A stretch of DNA of 62,901 nucleotides, the filler included, from Rhabdomonas costata (lineage: Eukaryota): assembly GCA_019059605.1 (NCBI GenBank). It is 19 parts of 19 records of this genome, joined end to end, with 100 filler letters (N's around TTAATTAATTAA, not from the genome) between each part and the next. Parts side by side here need not be neighbours in the genome. Positions count along the whole stretch, not along the records: positions 1 to 3,216 come from JAHMHO010001167.1; positions 3,317 to 6,530 come from JAHMHO010001168.1; positions 6,631 to 9,841 come from JAHMHO010001169.1; 16 more parts are not named here. The stretch is one strand, 5' to 3'. Below, piece by piece: positions 1-9,941 of this stretch (position 1 is its first letter; each line of letters opens with the position of its first letter). Both the position numbers and the translations under genes were made by a program. The notes below the pieces were generated by a model. The model was not told the origin of the DNA, searched no databases, and was given only the letters and a program-made list of their open reading frames with translations.

Positions 1-89
1 GAGTCCATAATTTTTTCCATTTAACTTCCTTTTATTTGCTGCTACCATTTCAATTTTTTCCTCGAGTGTGTGCTTTTTCTAGACCAAAA

Positions 90-290
90 TTTTGCAACAC
101 CGTTCAACCAGCTTAACGATGACGTCTTCTTACCGAACGCTACGGACTTTTGAGATCACGCTTTCGTCCACAGAGGAGACGCGGAACCCCTCAAGTCATG
201 CTGTTGTTGCGGATCTCGGAATCCGGATGCCCACCAGTGGAACTCCTGATGCCCACATGCTTGAGAACTCGGAGTATGCCATTTACACAG
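90..290 (-). pseudogene. Possible remnant of a hAT C-terminal dimerisation domain
   Basis: Minus frame ...VISKVRSVR*EDVIVKLV resembles the hAT dimerisation motif (I.skxRnrL.....KLV). It contains stops and lies downstream of, and on the same strand as, the 2502-2950 fragment. Confidence 0.3.
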
Positions 291-2501
291 ACTAATGCCA
301 TTCCATCAAGCTTACGAAGTTTACTTGCCATCACAATTACGCTAGTCACCATTTTCTCCTTTTCAATTCACCCACATTGACTTAACCAATTTTGACATCA
401 TGCACAGCCTTCACGCAAACACTTCATACATAGTCTTTTCTACTCCAACTATGCCTCCTGCCCCTTCGATGCCACACCAATTACCGTGGTTTCGGCTCAC
501 TCTTGCTACTAGTGGGGGTGGGTGATGTGGCCGCTCAGAACACAGAGCTCAGTTTCAAGCTCTTCTAAGTCTTTGTCTCATATGACAATGATTCCTCAGT
601 CCTTTTTGCATTCCCATGAAGCATGATTATTACGAATTGGCTTCTGACCACACAAAAAATCCCTTTGCATCAGACCCGTGCCTTCCACCAGTTCCGCCGG
701 AAATTCTATCAATTTTGATTACATCTTTACCATTCACCATTTTACCCACAAGAATCGTCTCTCCCGTTGTTCCACTGTACAAGTCCCATTCTCATACACT
801 CCAGTAGAATTTTATGGCCGATTCTTTATGGCTCATTATTCCTCATCCATATTGTGGGCCAAATCATGACTGTACAACCCACTACCTTTGTCACAACACA
901 GTTCTTTTGACAGGCGGTTTCTTTTTTCACACTCGTGCTGCGCAATGGCCTCAAATCGCACCTTGGTTTGAGTCAACTTGCGTTACATTGCGCTTTTCAT
1001 CCACTCATCCATTTGTAGCCCATGTTTTGTACACTATTGCGTGTTTCTACTGACTGACTTTGGGTTTAATAAAAATGCACGTCCACCGCTGAAATTTTTC
1101 GTAAAATTTCCTGCCTTGTTTCCAAATTAATCATCAGTCTTTATAATTAATCTCTATTAAAGCTTTTACTTTGATGAGAGTTTTCAAATACATTACTTGT
1201 AAATTCCCTTTTGGCTTTCTTTTACCGCTTTCGGAGCTTCCAAAAATCCCAACAGCCAACAGACGTCTCGCAATCAGCTGGCGTGCATTTCTTTTGATAT
1301 TACTGTGCTGAAATTACCGTGTGAACTGTAATTCCCTACCGGTGAAAATTTCCATGGATGATTCTTCACTTCAGTGTGGAGAAAGTGAGAGAAAGTAAAC
1401 TGGAATCACACCCAGAAGAAGTTCTCGTGGTGGAGTTTGTTGACTGAAATCAGATGGTTAAAAACCCAGAGTAGATCCTGGAGACAGGACTCCAGCATAG
1501 GGGCTTTTCATTTATCCCGGGCACTATGTCCGAGTTTCCAAACCACTCCACTTGGATGCGTTGGTTCCGGGTTCAATCCACGCACGCCGCTGAAAATTTT
1601 CATTTCACCTCCGCCCTCTGGCTATACAATGAAAGCTTCCGCCGGCATTCCGATTCCACCAGGAGCCCATAAGCAGTTATTCGAGTATACCAAAATTTTA
1701 GCCTGATACCGGAAACAAATTACACCCATTATGTGACTGTGCCCAACCGAAGAGAATCACTTTTTTCCGCTAGGACGTTCCATTTACACCAGGAAGGTGC
1801 TTTTCATGACTACAAGAAGCAAGATGGGCGACCACTAATTTTGGCCGCTAAAAGACGTTAAAAGCAGAGTCTGCGTTGAAGTATAGCTTGGACTTGTTGA
1901 CCCACCCACCAGTTCTCGAGGTCGCCGCAGCAAATGGACCTCCGGAGCAACACCATTTTACCATTGAAAAAGGCGAAAATGCGTCCCTAAAAGGGCCATT
2001 TTCAGGATGTTTGGGGACGTTTTGCTTCTGCGCCCCCCGTAAAATAGTCAATTTACGGGTGAAAAACAAGACCACACGGAATTGTTTTATCTCGTTTTTG
2101 AATCGAAAGCGGAGAAGTTTTGCTTAAAACAGCATGCCATGTTTCTCCGACTACGCGGGTGGGTTCAAAACGAAGGATGCACCTCGACCAGTCTAAACTT
2201 TGCCATGCCATTAAAAATGCAGTTTCAGGCCTATTAGTGGCTCAAATCGTGGAATTCGAGAACAGGGGCAAACTTTTTGAAATTCCAGTTTAGCTCTCCG
2301 TCAGTCCGTGATGAAAAAGGAAGTGGTTGTGAACACTTCACACCACAATTTTAAAAACGCCCTCTAAAGTCCGGCATCCTTGAAAATCAAGCACGCACCT
2401 AAGCGGTTAGAGATTCGTGGTTTAGTAATGCCTGAAAACGTGACCAGGAACCCAGGGCGTAGAATGCAAGAAGTCACTTCCTGAGCCTCGGCGTTGGCCT
2501 T

Positions 2502-2950
2502 TCAATGGAGAAAAACTGCAAACCGGGTCTCAAGCGTGTTTTCTTGCGCATATAGTGCTTTGTTTAGGGGTGATTGACGCTTCCACACTGAAAGTGTTCC
2601 AATATCATAAGACATGTCAGGAGCACAGCAAACCGTGTGAAATGTATGAAGCGTCACCAGGATTCGCGGGCCAAGCGCAAAGTCTTGATCAAGTGCAAAT
2701 AGTTGACAGTTTATTTGCAGTACACTCCCATTCAAAACAGCTCTTCCACAAGACATCCCATTTCAGCCCCCACTTCTCGGCCAAGCATTGAGTATGTGAT
2801 CTCGCCATTTTCTCCCTGACCACTCCCCCACAGCAACACATTCAGAAAGCACACCCTCCTCCACCCACTGCAAGCGTCGCAGCTGATTGCCATACCACAC
2901 CCCTGGAGTCTTCGAACCATATCTTGGTACTGTTAAACTGTTACTCTGCA
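2502..2950 (-). mobile_element. Decayed hAT-superfamily transposase fragment (catalytic region)
   Basis: Broken minus-strand frames give, in the expected order, AISCDACSGWRRVCFLNVLL (cf. hAT xxxDGWxx..INF), HTFHTVCCAP...DIG (cf. hAT C-x-x-H...DIG) and ETRFA (cf. TRF/TRW). Stops and frameshifts lie between them. Confidence 0.5.
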
Positions 2951-3216
2951 AAAGGTCATGAACGCATCCGCCCCCTTCATGGTGTGTTAATCTCAGAGCA
3001 TTTCATCATATTTAAGCCTCAACGGTTATCCCTGCCATGCTCAGTCGCTTCTGCGCACCACACCTTTTCTTTCTTCCTTGCAAACAAAAAGACTGCAAAA
3101 TAGCAAAATATCTGTGCTTCCTGTACTCCCCACATCTCCTTGGTTACTCTCTGCGTACCGTTCTGAACCCCACACCCTGCGAACCCGAAACCGACACCGA
3201 CACCGACACCAGAATG

Positions 3217-3316
3217 NNNNNNNNNNNNNNNNNNNNNNNNNNNNNNNNNNNNNNNNNNNNTTAATTAATTAANNNNNNNNNNNNNNNNNNNNNNNNNNNN
3301 NNNNNNNNNNNNNNNN
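3217..3316. other. Artificial contig spacer (N44-TTAATTAATTAA-N44), first of 18. Others: 6531-6630, 9842-9941, 13155-13254, 16467-16566, 19779-19878, 23089-23188, 26398-26497, 29835-29934, 33145-33244, 36448-36547, 39756-39855, 43064-43163, 46373-46472, 49681-49780, 52988-53087, 56295-56394, 59597-59696
   Basis: Identical 100-nt block with an all-frame-stop linker recurs about every 3.3 kb, and genes are truncated at the blocks. Confidence 0.99.
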
Positions 3317-6300
3317 TGTTGGTGGAGGAATTTCCGCCAAATGTCGTGCCTGAGCAAGAAAAGACCGCCGCGTTGCTGACAATGACACTTTGGTTAATTT
3401 GCGGGGAAAACAGGGAGAACGTTCCTGGTGTGGTTCTAACGTCGCTCACAACGCTGTTGGACATGGTGGCAGTGATGGATACGTTCGCGATGTCATGGAA
3501 ACTGATCTTCTGCTGACTTGAGGCTCCCACCAGAATAACGGTGCTTCCGCTGTTTGCAGGCGCGCTGACATTCAGTGTCTGGTAACCCACTCCGGTGAAG
3601 CCAGAGGTAACCAACTCTGTATACGGGCCCGCGGGATAGGTAATGTTTACTCCCACAAATCCAGCAGTTGGCTTGACACTTGCAGTGGTGACCTTGCACC
3701 CAAAAACAGTGAACGATGAGATTGTGATCATGTCAAGCGAGCAGCGGTCTTCGGTGTCGATCACGCTCACACAGCTGGAGTCCGCACTACAGACAGCAAG
3801 CTGCTGTTCGCACAACCACTGCCCTGAAGAGACACTGTAGTACATGTCTTCATCGCAGGCAAACGCAGCACCGCCGATAGAATCCACGACAGGAGGTTTT
3901 CCACAACCCGATTCTTGTACCGCTTGTACTTCTGTTGCATTGCCCACCCACCTTGAAAAATGAGGAGTAATAAACCCTGAGGCTCCGCGCCATTCAGTGC
4001 TTTGCAGTACAAAACTCCAGCTCGTAGAGTTGATGTAATCGGAAGAGTACAGTGCAAGAAAGGGCGCGGGATTCATTTCAAGATAAGGGGAAGGGCCACT
4101 GCGAGATAATAAGTCCGCGCTGGAGAACATGGTGCATTGTATAAAGTCAGGGAATCCAGAACGGTAGAATACAAAGCAACGATTGCAAAGCAGAGAAATG
4201 TCAACTGAAAAAAGAGAATAGGTTTGTGTTGGGGTCAATGACGAAGAAGAGGAGGGAGATAGAGAAGGAGCGAGTGTCGGAACACAGGTTGGAGATGAGG
4301 AAGCTGAGGACGAGGAAGAGAGTGTCTGTGCTGGGGTGTGTTTCGAAATTGAAGTCGACGACAATGATGGCGTGCATGTTGGGGTACAGGTTCCAGAGCG
4401 TGCAGGAGACGGGGTCTGTGTAGGGGAAGGAGATGGAGAAAGAGAAGACGTGGGTTTTGGTTTTCTGGTTGGACTCACAGAGGGCGATAGGGATAGAGTG
4501 TATGTTGTTTTGGAGGTGAGTGAGGAAGTGCAAGTTAGGGTTCGAGTGGGCGTTTGCACAATAATCGGCGCATCGTTCCCAGTCATAGATGGTGTGGGCG
4601 TCGGTGTGCTTGACGGCGTAAAAGTGTGCGTAACTGTCGGTGACAGGCTTGGTGATGAGCTTGGAGATGAAGTTGGGGAGGTGGTTGGCGATGAAGATGG
4701 GGTTGATGTTGGTGAGGGGCTTGGGGAGGCTGTCGGAGTTGGGGAGCACGAAGGAGTAAAGGAAAGGGTTTGCGTTACGCCGGAGGAGAATCTGGTGGTG
4801 GTTGAAAGCGTGCGAGTCAGCGTCCGAGTGGGCGTTTGCACAATAATCGGCGCATCGTTCCCAGTAACAGATTGTGTGGGCGTCGTGCTCAGCGTGCCCG
4901 ATGGTGTTGAGGTAGGGGTAGATGTCGGTGACAGGCTTGGCGACGAGCTCGAGGAGGGAGTGACGGATGCGGTAGATAATTGCGTATTTGTTAATGTTGG
5001 CGTGGAGCTTGGTGAGTATGAAGGCGTTAAAGTCGAAGTTGTCGAAGGGGTGGTAGTGGGAGAGCTGGAAGGCGAAGGAGTAAACGATTGGGTCGGAAAA
5101 TTAGTATTTGATGTCGTCGGAGAGAAGGTTAGGGTTGGCGATGAGGTGACCGTCAGCGAATCAGAACTAGAATGAGATGCCGTGGTTGTGAAGGTCGAAG
5201 TTGGCGTGAGTGTGCTGGACGATGTCGTCGTTGCTGTGGGTGTCAAGAGTGATATAATAAACGATTCTGCGACAACTCCTCCCGGCCAGTGTGCTGTGAC
5301 CTGAACACTGTTCTGTCCGCTGAACGCCGGAACCAACAGCTCAAATGTATAGTCCTGAGACAGAACAGGGGAAACACACTCCACAATGCGCAATGATCAT
5401 ACATGTTGATTGTGAAGCGATGCTGAAAATATATTCTTAACTGAGAAGGAAACGTTTTTGCACCCTCCACACCCGCCAAACCCTTCGACTCAATATGCAT
5501 GTTACACCTCAGGCATGAGACCTTTATGGCCGTAAATTTCCAGCTATATATTTGACGGTGTCTAGTAAATTCCAGCTGCTGAAAATGAGAGAAAGTGACA
5601 AAAGCAAGCGAGTGACCTTGTTGAAAGCCCCGGAAAAATCACCAGGGCTGCAAGTGACAGCCTTTGCAGAAGCATTGCAACTGGTTTCATTCACAAGATA
5701 CACCACAATTCCGACTCCGAGATTTACATCCAGGATCAGATCAGGTACTTCGACACCAGCGACGCTGTTGTTGACATGGAGACTCACGACAAAGGGCTGC
5801 CCTGGCAAGGGTTGGATGGGCGTGCAGGACATCGACACGGAGAGGTTCGGGCGAACCACCGCGGCGACAGAGATGGCAACAGAGTTGTTTCTGGGCTCAG
5901 TAGAGCAGTGTTGGCCAGGAAAGAAAATGGCAGTTGCATTGCAGAGTACAGGGGACTGTGCATTCCAGGGAACCGGAAACAGCAGGTGCATAGTGATTAC
6001 CTGCGAGACATTGATAACCCCAAGGGAGCAGCTCTACGTCCCGCCGGTTGAGGGGCAAAGCGCCCCCGCACCAAAAACATTCACTGCTCCTGGAAACACG
6101 CCACCAAAGTTGATCTGACCACTCACTACCGTTCCCACAGCGAAGCCGGAGCCGTCATTTCCGACCACCAGAATGCAGCTCATGTTTGCGCCAGCAACAG
6201 CTCCAGTGCAGTTCATCGCCAGGGCCAACCTCGCAGCATTGAGGGTAAAGTTCATTTCGGAGAGCTGACAAGGCATAATCGACGCGAAGCTCGGGGAGCT

Positions 6301-6530
6301 GATGTAGCTGAGGGTGTGGAAGGTGTCGCCCACACAGCTGAGCTGAAGGCCAAGAGGAAGCTCAATGTAGGCTGGGCCCACTAAGGTTCCCAGGGAGCAG
6401 TTAACCAGGACATAAGGAAACTCCTGAGTAACCACGCAGTCCGGCAGTGGAAGGGAAAGTGCCGAAACACCGCTGTACACCGCTAGCACCACAGTCACGT
6501 TCTCTGCAACGGACATAGGGTCACCCCCCC
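3317..6530 (-). CDS. Large surface glycoprotein fragment: three DUF11/Ig-like repeats, Ser/Thr/Pro mucin-like stalk and Cys-rich region. Exons about 6530-5617 and 5354-3317; in-frame TAG at 6034-6036
   Basis: Repeats such as PNLSVSMSCTPIQPLPGQPFVVSLHVNN and C..CSLG. GT-AG intron 5355-5616 joins GAFNK|DYTFEL in phase 0. S/T/P-rich tract about 4240-5240. Open at both contig ends. Confidence 0.75.
4543..4865. repeat. Intragenic duplication: identical 41-nt block at 4543-4583 and 4825-4865 (TGNDAPIIVQTPTR twice)
   Basis: cgagtgggcgtttgcacaataatcggcgcatcgttcccagt occurs twice, 282 nt apart; flanking similarity extends about 100 nt further. Confidence 0.95.
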
Positions 6531-6630
6531 NNNNNNNNNNNNNNNNNNNNNNNNNNNNNNNNNNNNNNNNNNNNTTAATTAATTAANNNNNNNNNNNNNN
6601 NNNNNNNNNNNNNNNNNNNNNNNNNNNNNN

Positions 6631-9381
6631 TGTGGTGGGGTATGACCACAGCCAGGGCCGCCTGCAGCTGGTGCAGGCCCAGGCCCAGCGCCGGGCGGAG
6701 CTGCTACGGGATTGGGCCCGTGTGGCCCACGCCTTCGGGCTGTACCAGCTCCGCACCGCGGAGGCGGTATGCATTGGGAGCGTATATGACTACTATACTA
6801 CTATATATGTGTGCACGCTTTTACGTATGTGCTCCTGACTCTGTGAGATGGTTATTTATGTGGGGATCCTTGCTGTGCTTATGGTGGTTGTAGATCGCCA
6901 CTCACCCACCCCACATACCCATATACGAAAGTCAGCTGTTGACACACTTGGGAGGTTGCTGATGTGCGAGATAACGTGAAATCCTCTTTTTCCGAGTCCA
7001 GCAATGTGCAGTTTTGAGCCCCTGCATTCCGGCCCACCCTGGTGAGCATGAATAACCTGGGCTACCCTTAGGTATGTTAAGCACGCAGAGGCCCCAGCCA
7101 GTCAGTCTAACCTCAATTTATAACCTGTGCCAGGTCCTCCGGCTCCGGCTCCGGTTGGGTCTCAGCGACTTGGGAAAGGGTTGAGCCGAAGTTAGTGGCC
7201 CTCCCCAGCACGCGCTTCCGGGTTGACCTCTGACGATTCTAATGGTTGGGTCACAGGTCCGAGGGCCCGCAGAGGAGGATGGGTAGGGTTGGAAGATACC
7301 CCCCTAAGCGAGAAAAGAGGAACCTCACGTCACATAACGCACACATAACGCACACTGCACGTCAACATACAGAGCCAGCGCAGGCGGCTATTCCGGGAGT
7401 GGTCGTTTGGGCTGGAGGCCCTGGCTGCGGCGGCGATGTCCGAGGCCCGGGTGTTCCGCCCGGCCTCTTCGTGCAGCGGTGGAGGCACCTCCCCCAGCCC
7501 TACCTTCGCCGAGGATGGACCCCCGCTGCAGCCCGCAGCGGGTGGCGTTGAGGTGCTCCGGAAAGAGCAGGTGCCTGTGACCCAAACCCCAATCCGTAAG
7601 CTTGCATGCTTCTTTCTTCTGATGTGTTTGACATCATTGACCCTCTTTCGGTGGGCCCACGGACTCTTTCTTTCTGGGGCTCTGCGTTTTGCGGACGAGG
7701 CATCGACTTTGGGTCGGATAGTGTGCTCACTTTTCCCTGTAGTTTTGGGTGCGCAGTTCGGCACTTTCAAGGGAGGACTCCTTTCCCACCTCTAACTGGC
7801 CCTTGAACTCTCAACCGCAACCTTAAACCAACGTAACCCTGGTTCTTGAAACTTTATCGAGTAAAAAAAGATGAGTACCCAGCTGCAGGAGTTTATGACT
7901 CACTTTGTATACCTTCTTAGACGGTTTGCATCAACCTCAATGGTATCCTTGCGACATGCTGTGGTTCCACCTGGTGGAACTCATTTGCTGCGAGGGAGGG
8001 GGGCTGCCTTATTTCCCCTCTTTGTCGTGTGGTGAAATCTGTCACGAGGACTGCTGGGGGTCGTCGAGGATTCTCACTTGCCTTCTCTTCGGTGCCATGT
8101 GGTTTTAGGCTCGTCGGCAGTTCCTGGTTGACCTGCAGGCCTTCCTGTTCCAGTTCTTCGTTCTGCAGTTCCACGAGAAGAGCTTCAGGCTGGACCTCAC
8201 TCTCTCCGAACGGTATTAGCGTAGTGCAGCAAGTGAAGCGACGTTGGTGTTGTGTTTTCGCGCAGGGTGTGTGGCCGTTGCACCACGATTCAATCCGGAG
8301 GAGTTCCTGGAGCAGCCTTTTCTTCTTTCTTCTTTTTGCTGTTTGCGTTGCTGCTTTTTGTGTTATTTTTGTGTTATCTCACTCGGGGACACGGGAAATT
8401 GCTTTTCATCGAAATGTCCCCCGTACCGCTTTGGCCCCTGCCTTGATCACCTCATCTCAGGGAAGCTCGCGAGGAGCTGATGCTTTGGTTTGGAACTGTG
8501 GGAGGCTCTTCGAGGAGTGGGGTGACATCCCCGCCCCCTGCCGAGCCCTCCACTGCGTACCGTGTACTTCGGGGCCAGGGCTTCGTCTCGGTGCAGGTGT
8601 TCTTGAGTGAGATTCGGGGAGCGGGCAGCCGAGAGCCATTTATGTGACCCCGTTGGGTACGTCGAGGGCGATATAGAACCAGAACGATTAGATGGTTACA
8701 AGGGCACGTGATACAGGCAGAAACCTCCCCTCCTTTTTACCAAAGCGCCATCAGACTACGGCGCAGCGTCACCACTTATGCGAAATAGACATCGTCTCTG
8801 ATTTCTGATGATTGTTTCTGTGTTTCTGAGCTATTCAAGGCTATATTGCGGGCACCCGCACTTCAATTCGCAGTTTCATCTCTGAGTTGGCTCTACATGC
8901 TACGTTCGCCACCGAGAAATTTGAGGGCCAGGGAACGGTGGAAAGGAGAGGGATGGCTAATCCACACCGAAGTTCAGGGGGTGTCAGAGTAGAAGGCAGT
9001 GTCACCAGCAAGACACACTGAAGAGAAGGCCAGAAAGGTGTTGAGAGTGAGGTGCGTCGAACCGGAATGGGGTGGTGGTGGTGGTTTAAACATCTCAACA
9101 ACGAAGTCATAAGACAGGGTAGGGAAGGAGTGAGGTGATGTCAAGCTCAGTTAGTTAGCTCAGTTAGTTAACTACTGATGGTGCATGAATTTAGGCCAAT
9201 GTGCTGCTTATGGTGCGATGCAGGTCACGCACGGCCCTGGGGCTACGAAGAGTCGGGTTCCCAGGGCGCCCCTTCGGCAGCAACAGCAGTCACAGACCCA
9301 GGCTCACCCACAAGTCCCGCCGCCACCGCCACTGCCACACCAGCAGCCCCATGGCCGGTCCTCGTCCCAGGAACTGCTACG
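6631..9381 (+). CDS. Hypothetical protein, partial. Exons about 6631-6766, 7373-7552, 8109-8212, 8461-8596, 9224-9381
   Basis: GC3-rich exons bounded by GT/AG with consistent phases. E/R/Q-rich helical segments and a Q/P-rich region. No family recognised. Confidence 0.6.
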
Positions 9382-9941
9382 GTGTGTTCTTTGTTTCTCG
9401 TTCTGGGACAACCGCCCCGGGTTTTCCTTTCACCGCTTTTACCTCTGTCTGTTTTTGGCTCCCCTTCCCCTTCTTCCTTATGGTGTGATTGCTTTCCTCC
9501 AGCATTTGCTATGCGCATGCCCTCTGAGACTTCTCATTGCCTCTTATATGCTGGTGTTCTTCCCGACTTGTCGCGTTCTTCATCGCATCTTTCTTCATCG
9601 CGCTCTTTCGCGTATTTTCAAGTGAGAATGCATTCCGTCGCAAACTGTTCAGGAAGGTTGCGTCCGCATGTTTCTAAGAGATGCAATGTTTGAGTTTACT
9701 TCTATGAGCAAACGGGCTCTGGAAAGAATCGGCAAAATGCGAGCAGTGGAAAAAAAAGACTTTCAGGAAACATGCGTTTTAATGATAATGATGAGCAGAA
9801 TGTCGTTTCTTTCCAGAGCCCGTTTGCTCATAAAACAAAACNNNNNNNNNNNNNNNNNNNNNNNNNNNNNNNNNNNNNNNNNNNNTTAATTAATTAANNN
9901 NNNNNNNNNNNNNNNNNNNNNNNNNNNNNNNNNNNNNNNNN

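Noticed and set aside
1520-1592. tRNA-like segment (ggcactatgtccgagt ... ggttcaatcc)
   Set aside because: Acceptor, D and T stems do not pair; no cloverleaf can be built.
3261-3272. TTAATTAATTAA recurring every ~3.3 kb as a biological repeat or array
   Set aside because: Always embedded in N44 runs; it is an assembly linker with stops in all frames.
4336-5175. 279-aa Val/Gly/Glu-rich plus-strand ORF and other long antisense ORFs (e.g. 5552-6118, 51849-52685)
   Set aside because: They are shadow frames of real genes on the opposite strand.
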